Shown here: positions 48,515-57,932 of the stretch, piece by piece
Numbering within the stretch: position 1 is the stretch's first letter
Layout: each line of letters opens with the position of its first letter
From: an uncultured bacterium
GTDB taxonomy: Bacteria; Zixibacteria; MSB-5A5; CAIYYT01
Reading direction: 5' to 3'
NCBI GenBank assembly: GCA_963726455.1
Contig: CAVSCK010000003.1
Location: 480,001-544,000 of the forward strand
DNA length: 64,000 nucleotides
The notes under the pieces: generated by a model
Database searches by the model: none
The model's input: only the letters and a program-made list of their open reading frames with translations
Told to the model about the DNA's origin: nothing
Made by a program: the position numbers and the translations under genes

Positions 48515-51343
48515 CTACTTCTTCTTTGGTTTGTCGTCCTTCCCTGCCTGACGTTCCCTGATCGCAATTTGCGCAGCCGCCAGACGAGCAATCGGAACTC
48601 GGAAAGGTGAACACGATACGTAATTCAGTCCCGTACGATGGCAGAAACCGATTGAATCGGGATCGCCGCCGTGCTCACCGCAGATACCGGTTTTGAGATT
48701 CGGCTTGACCGATCGCCCTTTGTCCACAGCCATTTTGATAAGTTGACCGACACCTGCTTGGTCAATCGTAACAAACGGGTCACGCGACAGGATGCCTTTT
48801 TCGTAATAATACCTGAGGAATTTGCCGGCATCGTCGCGCGAGAATCCCATCGTCATCTGCGTCAAATCGTTGGTGCCAAAACTGAAGAAATCGGCCTCCT
48901 GCGCGATCTCGTCCGCAGTCAGCGCCGCTCGTGGAATCTCGATCATCGTGCCAACCAAGTACGGAATCTCGAACTTGTACTTGCGAGTCATCTGTTCCCC
49001 GATCCGCACGATAATTTCTTTCTGGTTGGCCAACTCGGCTCGTTGTCCCACCAAGGGCACCATGATTTCCGGGAAGACGCGTTTGCCGTCTCTCATCAGC
49101 TCTGCCGCGGCCATGAAGATCGCCTTAACCTGCATCTCAGTAATCTCGGGATAGGTGATGCCAAGCCGGCAGCCACGGTGGCCAAGCATCGGGTTCTGTT
49201 CGTGCAGACTGTCGATACGGTCAAGAATCTTTCTCAGGCGGCCGATATCCTCCGATTTTTCGTTTGCAGTCTCGGCGTCCTGAATCTGCTTCAGAACGTC
49301 CTCGCGTTTGGGAAGAAACTCGTGCAGCGGCGGATCGAGCGTTCTGATCGTCACCGGCAGACCTTCCATCGCTTCGAAGATCGCTTTGAAGTCTGCTTTC
49401 TGGAACGGCAGGAGCTTGTCCAGCGACGCCTGACGTTCATCTTGCGTGGTTGCCAGAATCATCGCCTGAATGTGCGGTAGACGATTCTTGCCGAAAAACA
49501 TATGCTCGGTTCGGCAGAGCCCGATTCCTTCGGCGCCAAATTTACGCGCCAGTGCCGCATCACTCGGTGTATCGGCATTGGTGCGAATACCGATCGCGCG
49601 CACTTCGTCGGCCCAGGTCATGAACGTGCCAAATTCCCCGGAGAGTTCGGGGTCAATGGTCGGTACTTCGCCCAGCATGACTTCGCCGGTGGTGCCGTTG
49701 ATCGTGATGACTTCTTTGTCCTTTACCACCAGAGTTCCGATGGCAAATTGCCGGCGTGCCTCGTAAACGCGAACATCTTCGCAACCGGCCACGCACGGTT
49801 TGCCCATGCCGCGTGCAACCACGGCTGCGTGGGATGTCATACCACCGCGGGCGGTCAAAACGCCTTCGGCTGCAATCATGCCGGCGATGTCGTCCGGATT
49901 GGTTTCAGTTCGGACCAGGATGGTCTTCTCACCGCGTTCAGCCAGGCGAACGGCCTCATCGGCGTGAAATACAACTTTGCCGGACGCCGCTCCAGGTGAA
50001 GCCGACAGCCCGCGTGCAATCACTTCAACGTCGGCGTTGGGGTCGATACGTGGATGGAGAAGCTGATCGAGTTGCTCCGGCTGAATGCGCAGCAGCGCTT
50101 CGTCTTTGGTAATCAGCTTCTCGTGAACCATATCCACGGAAATCTTGACGGCGGCCTGCGCGGTGCGTTTGCCGGTGCGCGTCTGGAGCATGTACAACTT
50201 GTTCTCTTGAATCGTGAACTCAAAGTCCTGCACGTCGCGGTAGTGTTTTTCCAGTTTGCCGGTGATGTCTTTGAGTTGCTTATAGGCCTCCGGCATCACT
50301 TTCGCCAACTCAGTGATAGGTTGAGGCGTGCGAATACCCGCGACTACGTCCTCACCCTGCGCGTTAACCAGAAACTCGCCATAGAATTCCTTGTTGCCGT
50401 TGGAGGGATTGCGCGTGAAGCCAACACCGGTGGCCGACGAATCTCCCATATTGCCGAACACCATCGCCTGAATATTGACGGCGGTGCCCAGATCAGATGG
50501 AATGTGATTGGCGGCGCGATAGGTGATTGCCCGTGGCGAATTCCAACTGCGAAATACAGCATCGCGCGCCATCTGCAATTGCATCCAGGGATCAGTTGGA
50601 AACGGTTCGCCGGACTTGGCGGTGATCAGCTTCAGGAACTGCTTGACGATATCTTTCAGGTCGTCGATTGAAAGCGACGCGTCATGTTTGATCGAACGTT
50701 GTCTTTTCTTCTTGGTGATGATCTCCTCAAACTGATCTTTGTCAATACCAAGCACGACATTTCCGAACATGGAGATGAATCGGCGGTAGTTGTCATAAGC
50801 AAACCGAGGATTGTTGGTCTTGGCGATCAGTCCCTTCAAGGTCTCTTCATTTAGCCCGAGATTCAGGATCGTGTCCATCATTCCCGGCATCGAGAATTTG
50901 GCGCCCGATCGCACCGAAACCAGCAGTGGATTCTTGGCATCACCAAACCTGGCTCCCATCGCCTTTTCAAGATGCTCCATGATCTGCTTCATTTCGCGAT
51001 CAAACGTTTTCGGCAAAGACATCTTGTTGTCGTAGTAGAGACGACAAACTTCGGTGGAGATGGTGAATCCCGGTGGCACCGGAATTCCCAAATTAGTCAT
51101 CTCGGCGAGGCCGGCGCCTTTTCCTCCCAGCGTGTCTTTCATCGCACCATCACCTTCGGCCTTACCGCCGCCGAAAGAATAGAAGTATTTACCGCCGGGA
51201 AGCAGCGACGGCCTCTTCTTTTCGACCGGAAGTTCTTTGATTTGAACTCCGATTTTGCGGGGCTTCAAAGGTTTTGCGGCAATTGCTTTTGGTTTGGAGG
51301 CAACTTTCGGTTTACTCTTCGGCGTCACCTTTTTCTTTGCCAT
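48515..51343 (-). CDS. ppdK: Pyruvate, phosphate dikinase
   Basis: LGGKGAGLAEM, PLLVSVRSGA, GGMTSHAAVVARG (phospho-His), GIGLCRTEHM and GICGEHGG. Confidence 0.97.
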   Translation of the reverse strand: MAKKKVTPKSKPKVASKPKAIAAKPLKPRKIGVQIKELPVEKKRPSLLPGGKYFYSFGGGKAEGDGAMKDTLGGKGAGLAEMTNLGIPVPPGFTISTEVCRLYYDNKMSLPKTFDREMKQIMEHLEKAMGARFGDAKNPLLVSVRSGAKFSMPGMMDTILNLGLNEETLKGLIAKTNNPRFAYDNYRRFISMFGNVVLGIDKDQFEEIITKKKRQRSIKHDASLSIDDLKDIVKQFLKLITAKSGEPFPTDPWMQLQMARDAVFRSWNSPRAITYRAANHIPSDLGTAVNIQAMVFGNMGDSSATGVGFTRNPSNGNKEFYGEFLVNAQGEDVVAGIRTPQPITELAKVMPEAYKQLKDITGKLEKHYRDVQDFEFTIQENKLYMLQTRTGKRTAQAAVKISVDMVHEKLITKDEALLRIQPEQLDQLLHPRIDPNADVEVIARGLSASPGAASGKVVFHADEAVRLAERGEKTILVRTETNPDDIAGMIAAEGVLTARGGMTSHAAVVARGMGKPCVAGCEDVRVYEARRQFAIGTLVVKDKEVITINGTTGEVMLGEVPTIDPELSGEFGTFMTWADEVRAIGIRTNADTPSDAALARKFGAEGIGLCRTEHMFFGKNRLPHIQAMILATTQDERQASLDKLLPFQKADFKAIFEAMEGLPVTIRTLDPPLHEFLPKREDVLKQIQDAETANEKSEDIGRLRKILDRIDSLHEQNPMLGHRGCRLGITYPEITEMQVKAIFMAAAELMRDGKRVFPEIMVPLVGQRAELANQKEIIVRIGEQMTRKYKFEIPYLVGTMIEIPRAALTADEIAQEADFFSFGTNDLTQMTMGFSRDDAGKFLRYYYEKGILSRDPFVTIDQAGVGQLIKMAVDKGRSVKPNLKTGICGEHGGDPDSIGFCHRTGLNYVSCSPFRVPIARLAAAQIAIRERQAGKDDKPKKK

Positions 51344-51480
51344 GGCTTATATCCAGTCCAAGTTAAATGTGTTTTCAAACAGTAGTTACGGCGCAATTCG
51401 CCAAAACAAAAGCGCCGCAGCGATTCTACACCCAGAACCGAGCTGCAGCACCTTATTAATGTTTGATTCGAAATTTACCG

Positions 51481-51804
51481 TCACATGGTAAACATCTTCT
51501 CGCCAGCAATAATCTTTTGCAGCATTTTCAGAGTTTTTTCGGCCGGAGAGTGCATCAGATCGTGCGTGTTGTACGTCAAGCGCGCCGAATCACGCTTGAA
51601 TTCTAAGGCGTTTCTGCCCTTGGCTCCGGGGAGTCGTTGTTTCTTTTTGTGCAACAGATTGTACTGGCGCTGGTACTCCTTGGCCTTTTCGCGATGAGCC
51701 AGATAGTACTGGCGCTGATATTCCTGTCGCCTCCGCTTCGCCTCTTCAGGAGAGAGAGGCTCTTTACGCCTACGGCGCGTCTTTGTGAGGGTTATTTTTG
51801 CCAT
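51481..51804 (-). CDS. Small very basic hypothetical protein
   Basis: MAKITLTKTRRRRK...EYQRQY repeated twice; GGAAGG RBS; own promoter upstream. Confidence 0.65.
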   Translation of the reverse strand: MAKITLTKTRRRRKEPLSPEEAKRRRQEYQRQYYLAHREKAKEYQRQYNLLHKKKQRLPGAKGRNALEFKRDSARLTYNTHDLMHSPAEKTLKMLQKIIAGEKMFTM

Positions 51805-51894
51805 CCCCACCTTCCCTGGCATAAGGTTAATAACTCAACCAACTGAGAAGGCCACTCACCTCTTGCGGCTCCTCAAAAACTTCCTGTTGCAACT

Positions 51895-51923
51895 AATTTA
51901 ACCCGTTTAACTTAAGCTGTCAA
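51895..51923 (-). promoter_or_regulatory. sigma70 promoter with upstream A-tracts
   Basis: TTGACA-N17-TAAATT on the minus strand, with A-tracts upstream. Confidence 0.6.
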
Positions 51924-52024
51924 CAGTTTTTTTTGAAATCGGCACACTTTTTTTGTGGCTTTTTGGCACCCCATGTAAGCAGTTGTTGTAACAAGACTTC
52001 TGTAAGTCAAGAAAGCCAACTGGC

Positions 52025-52732
52025 CTAAGTGATCATCTTTATCCAGTCACGAATGTACTGTATCCTATAGATTAACAACGAGATACGCGCCATGACTGTG
52101 TATCCGAACGTCGCTCCGAATCCAATCATTAGAGTATAGATACCCAATTTGGCGGCTCCACCCCAAGCGCCCTTATGCGCCTTGGAGAAAAAGAAATATA
52201 TCAGCGACGACATGGTACCAACGATGACGACGACATCCCAAATCCCCTGCGGGACTCCAAGAAATCCAGCCGTACTCCAGTCGAATCCAAGCCCTATCGT
52301 CGTTCCGCGAAGCTGTGATAGCACGTTGTTCTTCATGGTAACGGGAATGGCAATACCGCTGGAGATACCCAGAAACAAGGCGAGCGGATAACGGCTTATC
52401 CAGGCATACTTTCTGGAAAATCGCGTCCACATTGCAATACCGAGCAGGGCAGGAATAATGTAGTAGAACTCATCGAATTTCGGCTTCCAGGTATTGTACT
52501 GCACTTTCGTGACCGGATCGACGGCAAAATCGAATAAGTGGCTAAGAAGATTGGGATTAATACCGTTGTAGTAAAGCAGAATGGCCCAGTAACCCACGGA
52601 GACACCCACTACCAAATGCTCCGCGAACTTATAGAAAGGATTGTCTTTGTATAGAAAAGAGAACAGGCAAAGCGTCAAGAAGACACCCACCGTTGTCCAA
52701 ATTATCGTGTCCGTGCTAAAAGTCTGTTCCAT
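52025..52732 (-). CDS. Cassette 3 subunit D: uncharacterised multi-TM protein
   Basis: FSFLYKDNPFYKFAE and YFFFSK.HKG...MIGFGATFGYTVMARISLL; paralog of D1 and D2. Confidence 0.85.
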   Translation of the reverse strand: MEQTFSTDTIIWTTVGVFLTLCLFSFLYKDNPFYKFAEHLVVGVSVGYWAILLYYNGINPNLLSHLFDFAVDPVTKVQYNTWKPKFDEFYYIIPALLGIAMWTRFSRKYAWISRYPLALFLGISSGIAIPVTMKNNVLSQLRGTTIGLGFDWSTAGFLGVPQGIWDVVVIVGTMSSLIYFFFSKAHKGAWGGAAKLGIYTLMIGFGATFGYTVMARISLLIYRIQYIRDWIKMIT

Positions 52733-53589
52733 TATTTACTCTCCTGTTTCGGAGCGCTCTTGCGTTTGCTGAGGAAGAAAGCCAGGTTCCCCATAATAAT
52801 GAAGATGATAATCACCACATGCGCGAATACCTGTACTTTCATCGCCTCGGTTGCCGTTCCGGGATTCTTGCAGAGAGTCTCATATTCTGCAGCCCCTTTC
52901 ATCCCGCCGATGATTCCGAATATCTGCTTCGATTGATAGTAGGGGTAGTAGTCGGCCGCCATAACACCGGTCATCGCCAGTGCGAGCTTCACGTTATAAC
53001 GAGCGTTTCCATCAGCGACCCACATGTCCGAGACGTTGCCTGCCGACAGATTAATGACGCCTTTGATGTTGTCATAATTCTTGATACCGCGCATCATGGG
53101 AATGGAGTCAAGGGTGGTACCGTAGTAATCTTGCGGAAAAGGAATACGGAAATTCATACCCATGCCGAGGATGATAATGCCGGGATAGGGTTTGTAGCCG
53201 AGGTAGACATAATCGATCCCACGTTCAGGCTTGAACCCGTGATAGACCAGGCAGGAATCCGCCACGTCCCTTACGATTTCTTCGGCCATCTGAGCACCGG
53301 TCTGTGACAATGTGAGAGTGATTACCTTAAGTTTCTTGGCGTAGCACTGCTCCAGCATGGCATAGGCCACCGGGTTTAGTTCCGCCAATGAACCCGGATC
53401 GTAATCCAATGAGAGCAGGATATAGTCGCCCGGTTTCAGGGCTTCAATGAAGTCGTAGATTTCCCTGACTTCCTTGACCGGAGTCAGTGGAACAGTAAAT
53501 GGAATAAACAGTGGAGTGATAACAAAAACCAGTAACACCGCAAAAACCCAGCGGCGATCGAGAGCCAAAAGTCGGTCGTGAAATGTCAT
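52732..53589 (-). CDS. Cassette 3 subunit C: TM - soluble alpha/beta domain - TM
   Basis: DRR.VF, DYDP...EL.P, DYVYLGY, YPY and GIIGGMKGAAEYE...HVVII.FII.GN. Confidence 0.85.
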   Translation of the reverse strand: MTFHDRLLALDRRWVFAVLLVFVITPLFIPFTVPLTPVKEVREIYDFIEALKPGDYILLSLDYDPGSLAELNPVAYAMLEQCYAKKLKVITLTLSQTGAQMAEEIVRDVADSCLVYHGFKPERGIDYVYLGYKPYPGIIILGMGMNFRIPFPQDYYGTTLDSIPMMRGIKNYDNIKGVINLSAGNVSDMWVADGNARYNVKLALAMTGVMAADYYPYYQSKQIFGIIGGMKGAAEYETLCKNPGTATEAMKVQVFAHVVIIIFIIMGNLAFFLSKRKSAPKQESK

Positions 53590-53601
53590 GCCATTCTCCT
53601 C

Positions 53602-54237
53602 TCAATCCTTGCCCAGGTATGAACGTTCAATACCCAGCACAATCTTTAGCGCGGTGGCAACCCCGCCCAGACCGACACCGATGAGGATTGCGCGTTTCGC
53701 GGCCAAATTCGGCACCATTAACATCCAACTACCCACCTGGTTGATCGGATCAGCGAGCGGTCCCGTCGGTATTACTCGCATCATCAACAGGAGAGCCGCG
53801 ACGAGCAATACCGTCGAGACAGCTGAACGGGCGCGAAAAGCGCGGTATGATGCCGAGGCGATATAGAACGCGAGCAATGCGAAGATGGTCGCCTGTATCG
53901 GGATGAAGATGTTGCTGTAAAGCAGGCGGAAGATCGTGCCGTTGAGACCGTTAAAGACCTGGGACCCCTTGATCGTAAGTCCAAAGACAATCATCGCAAA
54001 CATCGAGACCAGGACTACCACACTGTATTGCCAATCTTCGGAACGGCGCTTTATCTTGTAATAGCCGACGTGAATTTGCGACCAGATACCGAGTACCATC
54101 GCAAAAATACCGATTACCGTTAGCCCGTCTAAAGCCACTTCATAGAAGCGTAGCGATGGTTCGGACGGAACAAAGTACTGAATGGCCAGCAACACACCGA
54201 AAACGAAAACCAATATTAATGGAATCTGTTGTTTCAT
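53602..54237 (-). CDS. Cassette 3 subunit B: uncharacterised multi-TM protein
   Basis: MKQQIPL and FALLAFYIASASYRAFRAR...PN.AAKRAILIG...LGIERSYL; start moved to ATG 54237 after GGAGG. Confidence 0.85.
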   Translation of the reverse strand: MKQQIPLILVFVFGVLLAIQYFVPSEPSLRFYEVALDGLTVIGIFAMVLGIWSQIHVGYYKIKRRSEDWQYSVVVLVSMFAMIVFGLTIKGSQVFNGLNGTIFRLLYSNIFIPIQATIFALLAFYIASASYRAFRARSAVSTVLLVAALLLMMRVIPTGPLADPINQVGSWMLMVPNLAAKRAILIGVGLGGVATALKIVLGIERSYLGKD

Positions 54238-54247
54238 GCCAACCTCC

Positions 54248-55495
54248 TCACCACCAGGGCGCGTCAAAGGGTTTACTGAGGAAATCTGCTCCAGTGAATA
54301 CCCGGAGAGCGAGAAGGACAACCATGCCGGCAAGCACGATGGCTTTGAGATAGTCTTGCGCTTTCAGCGTTCCGAGTAGCAGGGGCTCCCGGCCGAGATA
54401 GGCACTAGCAGCATACAGTTCCTCACCCAGCAGAGTATAGTCGCAAGCGACCACAAAGAAAGGCAGCTGCGAGACCTGGTCCGTGCCCGCGATTTGGATC
54501 GAACCGGCAAGGACTCCCGTTTCCGCCAGCAACAGCGATTCGGCGGCGAAATAACCGAGATAAATGTTGGTCGCCGGTTTTTCCCGGAGAATCGTTCCAT
54601 TGACTGCGGCGACGTACGGGAACTGCTGACTGGTCACGTAGTAGACGGAGTCTTCTTTGTAAGTGTCGGGCCGTCCCGCATCGGCATAGCCTGTCTTCAC
54701 GGTCTCCTGCGCAATGGTCATTACGACGGGATCACAGCAAGGGACAATCATCGAAGTCTGGTATTCTGCCACTTTGCGCGCCACGCGACCGAGCACGGTA
54801 AACGAGGCGATCGTGGCAATGTCTCCGGCGGTTCCAATTCCTAACACGTACAGGATCGGTTTGCCCATTTCGGTGGCACGACCGATAGCTTCATCAATGG
54901 CTTCGATACCCGCCAGCGGGCGCACATAAAGATCGATGCCCTTCTTGGCCATGTTGATTAATTTGACGGTCAGAATCAAGAAGATGATGCAGAAGAGTAG
55001 CTCCGGCATCTTCATAGAGTTGAACCAGTTGTCGTAGGCCTGTACGGGTCCGCCCGCTGCCGGTGCGCTCTTTCCGCCCGGGCCAACGGCATAGACGCGA
55101 TAGTACAGATTCGTGTTCTTCGGCAAATATTCGGGACTTGTCTTATCGCGGTTCCCTTTGTCCGCATAACTGGAATTTCCCAGAACGACTGTCCCCGCTT
55201 TCAGCCACGCCGAATCGGGAGCGTCGGGTGAAGTCGCGCGATAAATGTCATAACTGATCACGTTCTTCTTACCAGCGCCGTCATCAGGTGACAGGGTCCA
55301 TTTCACCTGGACACCATGGCCGTCATCGTTGGGAAGATCTTTTAGAGTTACATTAGAGGGCGGCGCGGGCGGTTCCGACGGGATCACCGCCGTTTCAGCG
55401 GGAGGGTCGGAGGTCGCCGTCTGCGCCAATATTGCCTGAGTAAGGCAAAGTGACATACAGATCAGGAGGAACAATATCAGATGTTTCACTTCCAC
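54248..55495 (-). CDS. Cassette 3 subunit A: signal peptide - FN3 - TM - conserved domain (DUF6754-like by recollection) - TM
   Basis: DLPNDDG FN3; R.LAGIEAIDEAIGRATEMG; PFFVVACDYTLLGEELYAASAYL. Confidence 0.85.
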   Translation of the reverse strand: MEVKHLILFLLICMSLCLTQAILAQTATSDPPAETAVIPSEPPAPPSNVTLKDLPNDDGHGVQVKWTLSPDDGAGKKNVISYDIYRATSPDAPDSAWLKAGTVVLGNSSYADKGNRDKTSPEYLPKNTNLYYRVYAVGPGGKSAPAAGGPVQAYDNWFNSMKMPELLFCIIFLILTVKLINMAKKGIDLYVRPLAGIEAIDEAIGRATEMGKPILYVLGIGTAGDIATIASFTVLGRVARKVAEYQTSMIVPCCDPVVMTIAQETVKTGYADAGRPDTYKEDSVYYVTSQQFPYVAAVNGTILREKPATNIYLGYFAAESLLLAETGVLAGSIQIAGTDQVSQLPFFVVACDYTLLGEELYAASAYLGREPLLLGTLKAQDYLKAIVLAGMVVLLALRVFTGADFLSKPFDAPWW

Positions 55496-55517
55496 CTCGC
55501 GTGGCTTAAGGATTTTG

Positions 55518-56336
55518 TCACAATATATTCAACCAGTCTCCGAAGAGAAAGGTAATTCTTCCCACCAGCAGCGAAATGCGCCCCATTACCGTGTATCCAA
55601 ACGACGCACCGAAGGTGATCATCAGAATCCAGATTCCGATTCGCGACGCGACACCAAAGGCGCCTTTGTGTTCTTTCGAGAAGAAGAAGTAGATCAGTCC
55701 GCACATCACGCCGACAAAGATTACCCAGTTAGTCAGGATAGCTATGAACTGTCCATCGGCGGCCAGCGACACATGGCTGATGAAATCGCCCACTCCTTTC
55801 CAGTCAACAAAGAGCGGAATGAATGAGTTGGCGACCTGACTGATAAAATCGGAACGGAGATAGCGAGTCAAGTTAAGGCCGGCGGTGGCGCCGATAATGA
55901 ATGCCAACGACCAACGCGACATCCAACCGACTTTGGGCATCAATCGCATCAGCAAAATCAAACCAAATATGATTGGTATGTAGATTAGGACGTGATCCGC
56001 CTGCGCCTGATATGGCACTTTGAAAAATTCCGACAGGGTCTGGGACGCGCGCGGCACGAAGTTGCCTACGACGGTACTCCAGAAGCCGTAGCACATCCAA
56101 TAGCCGGCTGAGATGCCGACGTACAGACTTTCTGCAAACTTGTAGAATGGATTGTCGCGATAGAGAAATGAGAATATTGATAGCGTCAGAAACACCGCGA
56201 AAGTGATCAGGAAGCCGTCGCGGATATTCATGAATTGTGATTCTGAAGTGCCACTGCTTGATTTGGTGATCCAGCTAATGACGAATACCAAAGCCACTAA
56301 GGCCATCACGATTCTGCCGGCGGTCTTCATGTTCAT
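55518..56336 (-). CDS. Cassette 2 subunit D
   Basis: FSFLYRDNPFYKFAE and YFFFSKEHKG...MITFGASFGYTVMGRISLL; extra N-terminal TM. Confidence 0.85.
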   Translation of the reverse strand: MNMKTAGRIVMALVALVFVISWITKSSSGTSESQFMNIRDGFLITFAVFLTLSIFSFLYRDNPFYKFAESLYVGISAGYWMCYGFWSTVVGNFVPRASQTLSEFFKVPYQAQADHVLIYIPIIFGLILLMRLMPKVGWMSRWSLAFIIGATAGLNLTRYLRSDFISQVANSFIPLFVDWKGVGDFISHVSLAADGQFIAILTNWVIFVGVMCGLIYFFFSKEHKGAFGVASRIGIWILMITFGASFGYTVMGRISLLVGRITFLFGDWLNIL

Positions 56337-57241
56337 AATTTACCGCCCTTTTTGCGTGATCTGAAATAAGCCACATTACCAATTACTATGAATGCGATGA
56401 TAACCACGTGAGCCATGGTCTGCGGCCCCATCATGCGCAGAGCGGGCATCGGCTTCTTTTCGAAGCGTGGATAGGTCTTGAGCAGTTGTGATTCATACTC
56501 CGCGGCGCCCTTGGTTCCACCAAGCAAGCCCACGAGCTGTCGGGGCCAATAAGGGTACAGAAGCGGAGTTGAGACCGCCGCCGAGCCGCCTGCCGTCGGC
56601 ACCTTGCCCGGATCGCCCGCAAACAGCACCCATTCCTTCACACCTGGTTTACCGCCGCCAACGGAAATCAGCAAATCCATATCCTTGAGCGACTGGACAT
56701 CCTTGAACATCGGCAGCGAATCGAGCGAATTGCCATAGGCGTCAGAGGGAAACATCTTGCGGAAATTCGTAATGACAACATTAAGTACGCCCTCGTTGCC
56801 GGCTTTGTACCCGAGATTGCAGTAGTCTACCCCGTACTTGGCATCGGGAAAATCCGGTTTGAGAACCTGGTCCAGACTCAACCTAAGCAATGACTGCCCG
56901 GTTGCCCAAAGTGACATAAAGTAGAGTCGGTGCTTCTTTTCGAGAATGTGCCTGATAAAAGCATCGGTCATCGGCTGAACTTCCGGTGCCATGGCGGGAT
57001 CGAAGTCGTAAGACAGCACAATTTTCGATCCGGGCGGCAGACTCTCGATCTTGTCGAACACATTCTTCACGATCGGAGTTGCGACTTCGCCGAATTCAAG
57101 TCGGAAAATGATCGCCAGCGCCACCGTCAGTCCGACGAACAAGTACACAATACGCCGGTCAACATCGCGGCCTTTAATGGACAGGTAGAGAATCCAAAGC
57201 AGCCCGCCACCGATAACGATAATCGAAACTATCAGACCCAT
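56333..57241 (-). CDS. Cassette 2 subunit C
   Basis: DRRIVY, DFDP...EVQP, DYCNLGY, YPY and GLLGGTKGAAEYE; start moved to ATG 57241, 1 nt after the B2 stop. Confidence 0.85.
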   Translation of the reverse strand: MGLIVSIIVIGGGLLWILYLSIKGRDVDRRIVYLFVGLTVALAIIFRLEFGEVATPIVKNVFDKIESLPPGSKIVLSYDFDPAMAPEVQPMTDAFIRHILEKKHRLYFMSLWATGQSLLRLSLDQVLKPDFPDAKYGVDYCNLGYKAGNEGVLNVVITNFRKMFPSDAYGNSLDSLPMFKDVQSLKDMDLLISVGGGKPGVKEWVLFAGDPGKVPTAGGSAAVSTPLLYPYWPRQLVGLLGGTKGAAEYESQLLKTYPRFEKKPMPALRMMGPQTMAHVVIIAFIVIGNVAYFRSRKKGGKL

Positions 57242-57242
57242 C

Positions 57243-57917
57243 TCAACTATCCCCTCCCAGGTAGCTGCGCTCAATGCCCAGTAGCAGGCGTAGCGACATC
57301 GAAATTACCCCCAGCGAGATTCCAATCATGATGGCACGTTGTCCGGCCAGGTTAGGGGCATTCATAATCCAAATTGCCAGATTGGGAATTTGCAGCACCG
57401 AGAGCTGATCCGGCACCCAATTTGTCAAGAGCACGCCCAGTGCCGTTCTCCCTAACAAAATTATGAACGCGGCAACAAGAAGTATCGTGGCTTCGGTATT
57501 CTTGGCACGGAATGCCCGATACGATGCGGACGCGACAAAGAAAGCCAGCAGCGCGTACATCGTCGAATTCAGCGGCGACATGACGTATTGGAATAGAAGC
57601 TGGAAGTAAGAGCCCGTTTGCGAAAGATCGCCTGAGATACCCCCGGAATTGCCAAGCTTGAACAGCCCGGTCGCCAGCATCAGACCAAAGCCAAATAGAG
57701 TAACGATTGAATAGCCCCAGTCCTCTGATTTGCGGCTGATCTTTTCGGTATGAACGCGAATGAGGTTGCCACCACCAAGGAAGAACGCGAATACGGCGAT
57801 TATGTCGAAATAGAGTGAAGCATCTTCCTGCAAGTATTTGGCCGAAGGCACAAACACCGACACGACCAGCAGTGTGCCGACCGCGGAGAGAATAAGCATG
57901 GGAATCTGGCGTTTCAC
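57243..57917 (-). CDS. Cassette 2 subunit B
   Basis: MKRQIP and ALLAFFVASASYRAFRAKN...PNLAGQRAIMIG...LGIERSYL. Confidence 0.85.
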   Translation of the reverse strand: MKRQIPMLILSAVGTLLVVSVFVPSAKYLQEDASLYFDIIAVFAFFLGGGNLIRVHTEKISRKSEDWGYSIVTLFGFGLMLATGLFKLGNSGGISGDLSQTGSYFQLLFQYVMSPLNSTMYALLAFFVASASYRAFRAKNTEATILLVAAFIILLGRTALGVLLTNWVPDQLSVLQIPNLAIWIMNAPNLAGQRAIMIGISLGVISMSLRLLLGIERSYLGGDS

Positions 57918-57932
57918 TGTCTTGTCTTACTC

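Noticed and set aside
48671-50671. Several long plus-strand ORFs
   Set aside because: Antisense shadows of ppdK arising from codon bias.
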